DNA of 64,000 nt from Macrostomum lignano. Its lineage: Eukaryota. The stretch spans positions 62,001 through 126,000 of the forward strand of contig NIVC01001007.1 in assembly GCA_002269645.1 (NCBI GenBank). Direction: 5' to 3'. Made by a program: the position numbers and the translations under genes. The notes under the pieces are model-generated. The model searched no databases. It saw nothing but the letters and a program-made list of their open reading frames with translations, and was not told the DNA's origin. Shown here in pieces: positions 1 through 12,299 of this stretch. Position 1 is the first letter of the stretch; each line of letters opens with the position of its first letter.

Positions 1-314
1 GGGGCATATTGTACCTAATGTATGTTTCATGCTGGTTAATGCGCATGTTTCATTTTGAATCAAAGTAATTTGGTGTCAAAATGAGTCACTACTGAAATGA
101 AGCAGTCCACCCCTTCGAGTCTAAAAGCATAGTGGATTTGACACGTACTATGAACGTGAAATATTTTGACCACCCCATTCCGAACCAATGAAAATTAGAG
201 TGAACTTGTTGATGTCAAACTGCCGCTTCATATAAAATGGGACTTCAGTTGGCCTTTCAAAAAGCCAGATTTCTATTTGTCAATTAATTTCATTTTTTCA
301 ATAAATTAACCCAA

Positions 315-437
315 ATGTCCAAACAATTGGAGTTCATAAAACAGCTGATAAGCCGCAAAGGCAAATGCTATGACGTCGCTAAGCGGCAAAAGTCGTTTGA
401 GAAAGAGCTCGCCGCGTCTGATCGATTCCAGTTAATG
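315..437 (+). CDS. Putative exon of a small unknown protein (MSKQLEFIKQLISRKGKCYDVAKRQKSFEKELAASDRFQLM)
   Basis: Open frame from ATG 315 (or from a CAG acceptor at 342-344) ends at a GTAAGT donor at 438. It joins in phase 0 to 1721-1870. No family recognised. Confidence 0.4.
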
Positions 438-465
438 GTAAGTGAAGGTGAAGAGCAATATTTTT

Positions 466-1702
466 ACCAATAACTGCCCTGTCTCTACCATTCTACCCTG
501 TCTCTACCATTCTACCCTGTCTCTACCATTCTGCCCTGTCTCTACCATTCTACCCTGTCTCTACCATTCTGCCCTGTCTCTACCATTCTGCCCTTTCTCT
601 ACCATTCTGCCCTGTCTCTACCATTCTACCCTTTCTCTACCATTCTGCCCTGTCTCTACCATTCTGCCCTGTCTCTACCATTCTACCCTTTCTCTACCAT
701 TCTGCCCTGTCTCTACCATTCTACCCTGTCTCTACCATTCTGCCCTGTCTCTACCATTCTACCCTGTCTCTACCATTCTGCCCTGTCTCTACCATTCTAC
801 CCTGTCTCTACCATTCTGCCCTGTCTCTACCATTCTGCCCTTTCTCTACCATTCTGCCCTGTCTCTATCATTCTGCCCTGTCTCTACCATTCTGCCCTGT
901 CTCTACCATTCTGCCCTGTCTCTACCATTCTGCCCTGTCTCTACCATACTGCCCTGTCTCTACCATTCTGCCCTTTCTCTACCATTCTGCCCTGTCTCTA
1001 CCATTCTGCCCTGTCTCTACCATTCTGCCCTGTCTCTACCATTCTGCCCTGTCTCTACCATTCTGCCCTGTCTCTACCATTCTGCCCTGTCTCTACCATT
1101 CTGCCCTGTCTCTACCATACTGCCCTGTCTCTACCATTCTGCCCTTTCTCTACCATTCTGCCCTGTCTCTACCATTCTGCCCTGTCTCTACCATTCTGCC
1201 CTGTCTCTACCATTCTGCCCTGTCTCTACCATTCTGCCCTGTCTCTACCATTCTGCCCTGTCTCTACCATACTGCCCTGTTTCTACCATACTGCCCTGTC
1301 TCTACCATTCTGCCCTGTCTCTACCATTCTGCCCTTTCTCTACCATTCTGCCCTGTCTCTACCATTCTGCCCTGTCTCTACCATTCTGCCCTGTCTCTAC
1401 CATTCTGCCCTGTCTCTACCATTCTGCCCTTTCTCTACCAATAACTGCCCTGTCTCTACCATTCTGCCCTGTCTCTACCAATAACTGCCCTGTCTCTACC
1501 ATTCTGCCCTATCTCTACCATTCTGCCCTGTCTCTACCATTCTGCCCTGTCTCTACCATTCTGCCCTGTCTCTACCATTCTGCCCTTTCTCTACCAATAA
1601 CTGCCCTGTCTCTACCATTCTGCCCTGTCTCTACCAATAACTGCCCTGTCTCTACCAATAACTGCCCTGTCTCTACCATTCTGCCCTGTCTCTACCAATA
1701 AC
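466..1702. repeat. 19-bp minisatellite (ctgccctgtctctaccatt)n, about 65 units, filling an intron
   Basis: Tandem unit read directly; explains the 419-aa ORF at 442-1701. Confidence 0.95.
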
Positions 1703-1720
1703 TGCAATTTCTCTACTCAG

Positions 1721-1870
1721 ACCGATGCGTCACAGCCCGGATCAGCTGAGCAGCCGCCCACCGCAGCCCAGCAGCCGCCCGGCCCAGCTGAGCGGCCCAA
1801 GTCGCATGCCGGCAGGAGTACATTTGCCCATTCGGTGACTGCCTACCAATGCACTATTTCAACATGCTAA
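1721..1870 (+). CDS. Putative last exon of the small unknown protein (TDASQPGSAEQPPTAAQQPP...STC*)
   Basis: Acceptor tttctctactcAG ends at 1720; 49 open codons of P/Q/A-rich, GC-rich composition; TAA at 1868-1870; phase matches the donor at 438. Confidence 0.45.
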   Translation, partial: TDASQPGSAEQPPTAAQQPPGPAERPKSHAGRSTFAHSVTAYQCTISTC

Positions 1871-2244
1871 TATAACTATTTTCTAACATGTGAAACATGT
1901 AAAGATAATATAATATTTGAAAACTTATTAATTATAACTAAAATTCGTATGCACATAAAATATAATTATAAAATTTGCAAGTAAATAATATATATAACTA
2001 AAATAGCTGGACTTGTGTCTAATGCGATTTATTTGAAACCCTTTGGAGCTGCGATCGAATTATTTTCGCATTTCTACTATTAGTAGCATGTAATGCAAAA
2101 TTTATAGTTTTTTGCGAAACTTTTATGTGTCATATTTCGAAATATTCTGGTCGGATATATTTTTTTGGAGTGTCATATCTGTGATGTGGCCTGTCGGGTA
2201 TCCCCTACGATGTGCGTCATTTCTTTGTTTTGGGTCATCACTGA

Positions 2245-2452
2245 TAAGAGAGGGGAGAGGAGGGAGAGGGGAGAGGAGAGAGAAGAGGGAGAGGGGAGAG
2301 GAGGGAGAGGGGAGAGGAGGGAGAGGGGAGAGGAGGGAGAGGGGAGAGGAGGGAGAGGGGAGAGGAGAGAGAAGAGGGAGAGGGGAGAGGAGGGAGAGGG
2401 GAGAGGAGGGAGAGGGGAGGAGGGAGAGGGAAGATGGGAGAAGAGTTGTAGA
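2245..2452. repeat. GA-rich low-complexity tract
   Basis: gagaggggagaggag-type repeats. Confidence 0.9.
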
Positions 2453-2585
2453 AGGGCCAGGGTGAGGCTAGCTATCATACAATACAAAAAGCATTCTATA
2501 AATGCTACTCACAAGTAGACAGAATAGACAATCTACAACACGCAGCAAAACTATAAAGTATACATGTATCAGCAAGCTAACCTAC

Positions 2586-2965
2586 CTGCAGTGCTGGCGC
2601 CAGGCCTGGCGTTCTCGACAGTCCATCGTCGTAGCCAATCCGATTAGCTGACCGTTTCAATCGTTGAATCTCGTAGACATCGGCCACTCCCATGCTGCCC
2701 CGTTCTACAGCGTTGTCCAACGCTCTCTGCAGCTGCTGGTCACTGGACACACCGGTCAGGCCGTACATCTCGCGCAACTGTTCCGCTTCTCTGGCCGCTA
2801 AACGGGCGTCCTCTTCGCGTTGTAATCTTCTGGCCATAGCAGCGTCAGATGCTTCCATGGCTGCCATTGCCGCCGCTGCCGCAGCCGCCGCTGAACCGGA
2901 ACCGGAAGCTCCGCTATCGATATCCCAGCCTCCGCTCATCCCCCGGCCAGCGACTCCAGACCCGG
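2586..2965 (-). CDS. ZUP1: ZUP1/ZUFSP-like deubiquitinase, exon with MIU motif and pre-catalytic helices
   Basis: SDAAMARRLQREED is MIU-like. REMYGL...QQLQRALDNAVERGSM...IGYDDGLSRTPGLAPALQ aligns by eye with human ZUP1 QRQYGL...QQQLRNMEIEVNRGRM...LGFDDGKTKTSGIIEALH. Acceptor ccttcAG (phase 1); donor GTAGGT after LQ. Confidence 0.8.
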
Positions 2966-2995
2966 CTGAAGGCATAACAATATGCGATATTCATA

Positions 2996-4075
2996 GTTGA
3001 TCTGCCATTCTAGATACTGAACTACCGTTGATCTGCCAATCTAGACACTGAACTACCGTTGATCTGCCATTCTAGACACTGAACTACCGTTGATCTGCCA
3101 GTCTATACACTGAACTACCGTTGATCTGCCATTCTATACACTGAATTACCGTTGATCTGCCATTCTAGACACTGAACTACCGTTGATCTGCCAGTCTATA
3201 CACTGAACTACCGTTGATCTGCCATTCTATACACTGAACTACCGTTGATCTGCCAGTCTATACACTGAACTACCGTTGATCTGCCAGTCTATACACTGAA
3301 CTACCGTTGATCTGCCATTCTATACACTGAATTACCGTTGATCTGCCATTCTAGACACTGAACTACCGTTGATCTGCCAGTCTATACACTGAACTACCGT
3401 TGATCTGCCAGTCTATACACTGAACTATCGTTGATCTGCCAGTCTAGAACTGAATTACCGTTGATCTGCCATTCTAGACACTGAACTTCCACTGATCTAG
3501 ACACTTGATTTAAACAGTCTTGACACTGAACTACCGCTGATCTAGACACTTGATTTAGACAGTCTAGACACTGAACTACCGCTGATCTAGACACTTGATT
3601 TAAACAGTCTTGACACTGAACTACCGCTGATCTAGACACTTGATTTAAACAGTCTTGACACTGAACTACCGCTGATCTAGACACTTGATTTAAACAGTCT
3701 TGACACTGAACTACCGCTGATCTAGATACTTGATTTAAACAGTCTTGACACTGAACTACCGCTGATCTAGACACTTGATTTAGACAGTCTTGACACTGAA
3801 CTACCGCTGATCTAGACACTTGATTTAGACAGTCTAGACACTGAACTACCGCTGATCTAGACACTTGATTTAGACAGTCTAGACACTGAACTACTGCTGA
3901 TCTAGACACTTGATTTAGACAGTCTAGACACTGAACTACCGCTGATCTAGACACTTGATTTAGACAGTCTAGACACTGAACTACCGCTGATCTAGACACT
4001 TGATTTAGACAGTCTAGACACTGAACTACCGCTGATGTAGACACTTGATTTAGACAGTCTAGACACTGAACTACT
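2996..4075. repeat. Compound intronic minisatellite: 31-bp unit (about 2996-3480) grading into a 45-bp unit (about 3480-4075)
   Basis: ttgatctgccattctagacactgaactaccg and ctgatctagacacttgatttaaacagtcttgacactgaactaccg share the core gacactgaactaccg.tgatct. Confidence 0.95.
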
Positions 4076-4104
4076 ACTAATAAATCCATATTTACAAGAC
4101 TTAC

Positions 4105-4309
4105 CTCTGGCATACCCACGACGACCATAGCTATCGCTTGAGGAGGTACCATGGGCTCCTTCGCTTCCCCCATGACTGTTATCACCATCTAATAGCTCAT
4201 GATTGGAGTAAGAATCAGCAGAATGCGATCCACCAGCAAAGTGAGCATCAACGTGCAGATTGGAACGCTCATCCAGTGGCAGTAGAGCGCCGCAAACTGG
4301 GCACTCCAT
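4105..4309 (-). CDS. ZUP1: ZUP1-like exon with a UBZ-type zinc finger (MECPVCGALLPLDERSNLHVDAHF)
   Basis: CxxC...HVDxH matches the ZUP1 UBZ (CPMC...HVDLH). GTAAGT donor in phase 1 matches the acceptor before 2965. Confidence 0.75.
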
Positions 4310-6622
4310 CAAATGCTAACGATTTGTTTAATCAGTCTTGCTCACAGTTGTAGCTATTAACAATTCATGAATACAATTGATAGAGCATAAGACACAAAAA
4401 GTCATTTTTTATTACTTAATCCTAATCTTGTTGCCTCTTTGGGACAAATTTTTACACTAATGCATCCAAAATAATTTAGGTTTGCACTTAAAAACTGGCC
4501 AAGGGGTCTGTATTGCATGATTAATGCCTATAACTCCCCCATAGATGCTAGAAAATCAGTGTGTTACGCACTCTGTGAGCATATATGAAGTTGAAAGTAT
4601 TCCTGCACACAGTATCTACATGCTTGCATGTACCCTTAAACAGGAGCAGCCTTTTGGGTTTTGCAAAATGTTGTTAATGGAATTTCACAAAGTTGCTTAA
4701 AACCCTCCTAGGAAAATTTCAATTATATTATTATAATAAATTTCTTGCCCATTGTCTAAAACAAAACAATAAATATATAAACTTTCATTTATTATGACCT
4801 ATAAGATACTAAAACTAGGCACAATAATACATATACATTAATAACAATTTGTTAGTAATTTATCAAATATTTCATTTTTTAATAATGCAACTATTTTAAA
4901 TAAACTGATTTTCTATTAGTTTCATGAAACTTGAAGATATTACATCTATAAATTTAGAAACAATTAACATAATTTCTTAATTAATAAATGTGTGTTTTAA
5001 TCTTATTATAACCTTACAATTATTAAAATAGTTTGCTTGCATAAAATTATTTTTTATAATTATATTATTGTAGTGACTGGCTGCTAACTGTCTATTCAGC
5101 AGCACTCTCTAGCTTTTCCTACAAGCACCGTGGCCTGCTGCACAGCAGCTCAGTCCACCTGTCTGAGAGAGAGAGAGAGAGTTACCCTGTGCTGGGCCTA
5201 AGTGTTTATTGCCTGATGACTCGTCGCCCAAGCAGGCATGGGCAGCCACACTCAATGTCTTCCCATTCACACTGAGCAGGATGACTCATCACCTGCGCGA
5301 GATATAAAGGCTGCCTAGGGGGAGTAAACAGGATAACTCATTAAGCCAAGTTCTATTTTTAGCACAGACAAGCACATGACTGTGCACACTAGTTTTTTGT
5401 GGCAGCTGACCTTGAGTCAGGCCACAGCAGCATGACAGGGTTACCTTATTTGGGAGTTGGCCTTGGATCACATATCTCTCGCATGATTCCGAAGTCCAAA
5501 TAAGGAAGTTTCACACATTCACTGCATGAAGCTCACGTAAGTTTGGGGGTCCACTCAGCTATAAATACAGAGTATCTGGGAGCCATTTTTCCCCAGACCT
5601 GCATTTAGGAGCTTACTTGACTGGAGCCATCTCTCTGCTTCCGAGCTCTCCTCTCTCAGGTTTTCAGGTTCAAGCAGCATCTACTAGAATGATCAACTGT
5701 CCAAGCAACTTTGTTATTTTATTTCAGGTGATAGATAGACAACTCTGCCAATGCATCGAGTCCGCACACCAAGGTGGCAGCAACCCTACCAAGTCTAAGG
5801 CTAACATTTTAGGTCTTTATTGGACAAATCAATAGGTAGTACAAAGGTACTATCTAGCTACTTCTGGAGCAACAAGTTCTATTTCTAGGAACATCTTCAA
5901 GAACATTGGGAAAGAGCAACACACTATACTATATAGTTTCATATGTATTTTCATATGTATACTATACTATACAGTTTCATATGTATTTTATATAGTATAC
6001 AACTAGACTACACAGCATCATATAAAAAATCTTGTTACTATTAAACAAATACTATATAGTATATCCATTTGGATAAAAATATACTTGAAATATTAAATAT
6101 ATAAATATCAATATTATACATTTGCTGCTATTTCCTTAATCAACTAGAAAATATAAAAAATCTTAAAAATGATACTAAAGCCCTATATAGAGGGCAAAGC
6201 ATTTGCAGTTAGACTGATAACAGAGTCTTAATGATTTAAGTCAAAAAGAGCTGATTTGCTTAATCAGACTAGTTCAAAAGGATAATGAGAATACTTTTAC
6301 AATTACTAACAATTTTCAATATGTCAAAAGCTTTCCACTTTTGAAAAAAACTAAACAATATAAAAGCAAGGTAGCCTATAGTTTTTAGGCTAATTTATTT
6401 CTACAACAATTAAATTAAAAGAAGATAAGAAGCAAGGTGATTGTTTGACTTTATATAGCAAAAAAAAGTTTTATTTTTTTTACAAACTAATTTAATCATT
6501 AATATATGCTTGAGAAGCACATAAATTAAAGATTATTAAAAAAACTATATATAAATTATCACTTGCTGTGTATGGTATTCAAAAAACAAATGTATAAATT
6601 AAAAACTACAATTTCTTATCCT

Positions 6623-6819
6623 ACATGTTTTGCCTCGCGTCAGGCATTGTCAGGCTCTTAAAATTAGTAACAATTTATTTGTTCATTAATATTTAACAAT
6701 TAAGACTAAGAATTGGTCAATAAAAGTCAGAAATGTATAAAATATACATTTATGCGACATACAATAAATTGCTACTAATTTTAAGAGCCCAACAATGCCT
6801 GACGCGAGGTGAAACATGT
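6623..6819. repeat. About 45-bp inverted repeat pair; each arm resembles a decayed hammerhead core
   Basis: acatgttttgcctcgcgtcaggcattgtcaggctcttaaaattagta mirrors tactaattttaagagcccaacaatgcctgacgcgaggtgaaacatgt. Confidence 0.7.
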
Positions 6820-9036
6820 CACATAAAAAATTGATAGCGCTCACCTTCTTAATTCTACTTTTTCTTAGACGCGCAACTTTACCACAGTAAAAACTACAAT
6901 ATATTTAGGTCTAGTTTAGCAGAAAAAAAGGCCATTAGTTTTTATCTTTGTTTGAACCTAGCTATAATAGCTAGAACTATTTTTTGAAATATATCTACTT
7001 GAAAACATGGTTTTATATATCTAAAAATCACTTTAACTTTATTATTGACTTTATATTGAAATTTCATATTTTACTGCTTTTTTATTAAAAAAAATTTTTG
7101 TTCTTTTTTTGTCAAAAGTTTACCAAAGAATTGACATCTTGACTATGCAGCCACTTGCAACTGACAATATTCTTATGCAGTTAAATTTGGATGATAGTCA
7201 TACATAAGCTTATATTTTTGATTATGCAAATAAATAAAGAATAATTGATTAGCTAAATCTTTGCTATTCTATTAGTATTTTCATTATTATATTTTATCTA
7301 TATTTTTTTCAAAGGCAGTTTTGCCAATGACGACTTAAGACAACTAAAGGCAAGGAAAAGTCCTAAAAATGTCTGAAGTTAGTAAAGGATAAAAGTGATA
7401 CCAGAAAGTCCCTTTGGCTAATCTCCTAGCCAAGCTTCCTAGTAAAGCCATTATATCAAGTGATGACAAGAACAGTGCCAATAATATTAATGATAAGAAC
7501 ATGAATTATATAAAGTTTAATAGCTGCCTTTGATTTAATTAAGTTCTAGTTCAATAAAGTATTTAAGTAATTAAGTAATACTAAATACTTGGTTAAGCAA
7601 TGGTAAGCATACTTGGTAAGCAATGGTTAAATATATTAAGTAATACATACTTAACCATTGCTTAGAAATTGTCTTTAACTAACTTGAATATTAGTCCTTT
7701 AGCTTTGTGCCAATTTGGCACATAATATTGCATTTTGTAATTTTTGTATTTTAACAACTTATGTAAAATATATAAACATAAAGCAGTATTATTGAATTCA
7801 TTTTTTCTAAACATTAATATTTTATATAGTTTCAAAATGTAAGAACAGTTTTGCATATGCTTTTAAGCTCATTTTTGGCTAAGGTAAATGGCTAAAAGGG
7901 TTTTTATTCTTGTAATATAAAAAGGGAACTAAAATATACATCTATAGTAATATTGATTATTTAGAATTGCTTTTTAGGCAAAACAAATTGATACTATTGA
8001 ATCTATTAAGAAATAAAAAAATAGCTTAATTATGGCAAAATAGTGGCGAATAGCAAGATACATTAATCTTGCTAATACCATTGACATTTTTCTACTATTT
8101 GTTTAGCAAAATGTTGCTAGTATATAACAATATAACAAAAAGTTAGCCAATGTTCTTGAATTTTGTAGGCCTATGCCTGTATTGCTCCATTTTGGTATAG
8201 CAAAAAATTGTTAGGAAAGAGAAATTTTTCCTTTCCCTCTTAATAATTCTATTATTAAGGCCAAAAGCCTTGACATCTAATTAGTATTGTCTATATTCTA
8301 TTGGGTAAACATGTTTGCAACTTATCCTTAGTCCACCACAATTTACAGTAGAAAGATCAGCTAGCAATTATGCATGTATAAACTTATATACAATATACAA
8401 GCAAGGTATCTATGCTTTTTGATGCCTAGTATTTTGGTGTCCTAGATAATATAACTACAAAAATATAGAAAAAGTCCTAATTTAGCAATAAATGCTTTAT
8501 AAAACTTCATTATTTTAAAAACTAAGGTATTATTCATTTTGTTAAGTTGATCTATTTTTAATTTTTTACTTTTAATTTTAAGACTTGTTTTACTAAAAAT
8601 TTGTCTCAATTTCTTGAGAAATAAGTAACCATGAATATGTCACTTAAGAAATCAATACTAAAATATATTTATAATACTACATTTTATAAATTTTAATAAA
8701 AACTATAGGCCTATATAGCATTATCAATGGATTATATCTGAGTCTAACTAAATATTTAGCATGCATGCTAAGTGCAGCTTTATATTGCAAGAAAAGATTA
8801 GGCCCTAGGTCTACAACAAATGTAATTAAATCAAATAGATTTTTTAAAGTTGAAGCAAAATACCAGTTTAATAAAATAGATACTGTTTTTATTAGGAAAA
8901 TAAAATGTTATTAACTGTCTACCCTAGCACAAAACTCCAATAGGCAGACAAATGGACAACAATTAATGAGCCGCATGAGGCATTTTATCAAAATGCTAGG
9001 TACCTGGTACCAAAAGCATGGGCACCAAAAAGCAAA

Positions 9037-9420
9037 CGAAGAGCTTGCGTGCATGGCAGCCGTTCACGTAAGCTCAGAATTGCGTGCACGGCAGAGCTGT
9101 ATCTTATAGGCCTATACAGTAAGTCATAGCTATTCGAATAATATTCAAATTAACAAAAAAGCAATGAATTAAGATTACATTGGGTGTACATGGTGTATGT
9201 GGGATAAAACATAAAACAATATAGTAACAATAACTTTTTAATTAGTTATTGTTTAATTTAAGGGCCCCAGTCCTGGCCATTTACCGGCTGCCGTGCACGC
9301 AATTTCAACACTAGATGAACGGCTGCCATACATGCAAATAAAGCACTAGGTAGATAGCCGCCGTGCAGTGCACGCAATTCTGAGCTTACGTGAATGGCTG
9401 CCATGCACGCAAGCTCTTCG
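9037..9420. mobile_element. Mutator-like MITE (384 bp)
   Basis: About 55-bp TIRs (cgaagagcttgcgtgcatggcagcc... / ...ggctgccatgcacgcaagctcttcg) flanked by a 9-bp direct repeat aaaagcaaa (9028-9036, 9421-9429). Confidence 0.8.
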
Positions 9421-9877
9421 AAAAGCAAACTACAAGCAAGAAAAAAATTTCTAAGAAGCAAAAATAATTGGCAAATAACTTAGGGCCTAATAACTATAGT
9501 AAAGTTTACTTGTTGCTTTATTTATATTAAGCCAAAGGTTAACTGCTAACATTAGCACTAATGATCAAATGATGTATAGGCATAGGGGCCTAGGCCTAAG
9601 CCTAAAGCATTAATAAAATACCTGAAAATCAAATGTAATGTTGTTTAACTTTAACTGTGTTGCCAGTCAATCATATCCTAGACCTTCCTTTGATAACTAC
9701 AGCTAGCATTGACTTTTCAGTTTTCAACATGATTTTTTCTTCCCGTTTCTCAAAATTACTAGCTAAGAAAAGACTTTTTATTTTAAAAATAAAGATTCAT
9801 TACAATTAAAAGTTGGTTCAATGGGTGCTGGTAAACTCGTCAACTGGCCTAGCTGTATTACTGTATAGGCCTACTGT

Positions 9878-10098
9878 CAGTGGCGTAGGCAGGGAGGGGA
9901 TCAGGGGGGATGTATCCCCCCCAAAGAGCCTGACCAAAACTTTTTTGTTGCCTTTTTTCGCTATACATGCTACCATGTGAGCACTTTTACCTTGGTGTAT
10001 GTGTATCCCCCCATAGAAAATTCACCTTGGTGTATCCCCCCCGTAGGAAATTCACCTTGGTGTATCCCCCCCATAGGAAATTCCTGGCTACGCCCCTG
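9878..10098. mobile_element. hAT-type MITE (221 bp)
   Basis: TIRs cagtggcgtaggcagg / cctggctacgcccctg; 8-bp TSD cctactgt (9870-9877, 10099-10106). Confidence 0.88.
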
Positions 10099-10472
10099 CC
10101 TACTGTATAGTAAATTCGTCAGCACTGAATAGTATGTGGACTATGTGCAGCTGTTTCAGTGGACAGACACAGATAAAATAGATTCATAAAACCAATAAAC
10201 CGAGCCGTGTCATTATAATGCTAATTTTTAGGCACAGGACCTGCCTTTACTGTCGCCAGATCGGCGAATCTCTATCACTGGAATGTCTTTTCGACGGATT
10301 GACTGGAAAAGAGACAGTAGCACATACCACCCAGCAGTCTGCCACTGCCATGTACAAATATGATAAAATACGAGATACAAAAAAATTAAAAACAATGAAT
10401 CCGATAATCTTTCATGTCAACAACAGCAATTCAAGTCTATAGATAGAACCACTTTAGACCCGTTTAGCTTTA

Positions 10473-11908
10473 GGGGGTCACAATTTGAATTTGAGGGGAC
10501 GAGGGGACGAGCCTGGGTGCACGAAGGGAGGGGGGGTGGTGGATGTCTAAAAAAAGATGCCTAATTTAAACAACGTTTTCCGTTCTAACGTACATTCTTG
10601 CTGATTGATTAAAATAACCAGCAAAAACAAATTAGAAATGCGCTAATGCAAATATTTTATTATACAAAATTATTTGTTTTTAATCTAAGCGATAATTTAT
10701 ATACCGTTTTGATTTTGGTAGCAATTTTAGCGCAGCCCCGCGACGCCGGCTCGAGCGCTAGGCTAGCTCTGGGCCTTTGCACATATTATCCGAATACGTT
10801 GATGTCACGTTTCTATCCAAGTGTATTTCTAACACATTCTGAACTTTTTACTCTACCTCGGAGTTTGAGCAAAATCTATTTTAATTTGGAATTTCGCTTT
10901 TCGAACTCATAGTATATGATGATTGTTGCGATTTCTAAGTTTAAGAGTGTGATATTTTATGTTCAAAAGTCAGGCAAAAAGCGTGTACTTCTCTTCTTTA
11001 AAGAGGATTCGAATAAAATAATGTTTCCTTCTTAATTCTGTACCGTGCCATACTGCTAAATAATTTTTTAACTTTATAAATATTATTTTTAGCATTTGCA
11101 TTTTTGTAGCAATAATGTTAATTGTCAACTTCAGCTGAAGTTATCTGCTAGCAGATAATTTATGAGCAGTTAAGAATTTATATGGATGTCATCGAACTGG
11201 AACTTTTAAAAACAAAAAATACCGTAAAAAATCGAACATACACAGTAAAAATTTTGGCCGACCAGGATAATCTATCAGATATTTTCAAATGAAACAAAGT
11301 GTATTTTTACTGATTCAAAAGCATGGAAAAATTAAATAAATTCATACTTTTAAAATTTTTAAAACATTTTAAAAGTTGTTCTTGAATTTTACAATCCTGC
11401 GATAGTTTTATATGCGCTATTTTGAATTCAGCGATTCACATTGACATAATTAAGACTATTTACATGTTTTAAGATGCAATTATGTAAAAGAATTAGTAAA
11501 CTGTCTACATGTATTGTATAACCAATTAACAAGACCCTCGTGCAAGCAAAAAATTTGAAACTAACAAAAAAGCAATTAGCTGAGAACGAAAATTCTAAAG
11601 TCCAAAACTCTAAAAAGCAAAATAATTTACTAAACGTTACATAATTGCGGGCTGACTTGTAATCATGATCGCGAGATGCATAACGCGGAAACTTCGAATA
11701 ATTGAATCGTTTACAGAAAAACCTTAAAGCTGCCTTCGATGTGAATTTGCGTTTCTGCTTTATCTTAAATTCGCATCAAATAGTACTGGCTCTCCGCATT
11801 AGATATTTCGATATTGTTCTCATTTTGTTTGTTATATTGCGTAATCTAAATTTAGAAATCAATCGTCCCCTCACGAGTCCCCTCGTCCCCTCAAATTAGA
11901 GTGACCCC
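10473..11908. mobile_element. Probable non-autonomous DNA transposon (about 1.4 kb)
   Basis: Imperfect TIRs ggggtcac...atttgaggggacgaggggac at both ends; no TSD or transposase recognised. Confidence 0.5.
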
Positions 11909-12299
11909 ACTCTAGGATCCCAATCTTAATCAAGTTCAATGTCAATCAGTTTTTCTAATTTTAATTGAACAAAAAACTTAAGTATTTATTTTTTTATACA
12001 CGTATAAACTAAAAATTTATTGCTTTTGCCTAGGTTTGCACCTCTTACTTTTATACTCTTCGTTATGCTGCACATTAGTTACGCTGTCTGTGCAAACCGT
12101 GGTAAACTCGTCAACACAGTTGACGAATAAAAAGTTGATGAGTTTACCCGGATCTGGTCGATAGGCCTAGGATGAAGTTGCCTGCCATTGCGAATAACCA
12201 GTGCTGACATAATAACTTACTTATCTGCAGTTTGTCACTGTGGCTTAATGCCGCCCGCCCAGCTGGGCCCGGGTACCAACAAGGAGTGCCTTTTTTGTA

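Noticed and set aside
95-190. Minus-strand peptide HWFGMGWSKYFTFIVRVK, with W-x-G...RVK spacing like ZUP1
   Set aside because: AT-rich, no good splice signals, and the catalytic GWGCG exon that should precede it is missing; probably chance.
442-1701. 419-aa ORF, and similar long ORFs at 3394-4188, 40032-41388, 47454-48063, 48967-50177, 50452-51517, 54946-55964, 56308-56784 and 57061-61060
   Set aside because: They are translations of stop-free tandem repeats, often open in several frames and on both strands, without splice or homology support.
1716-1850. Possible minus-strand third ZUP1 exon
   Set aside because: The frames stop early or lack ZUP1 motifs; the + strand reading has a better acceptor and a full open frame.
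5205-5240. ctgatga next to (GA)n as a fourth hammerhead
   Set aside because: No stem II followed by GAAA.
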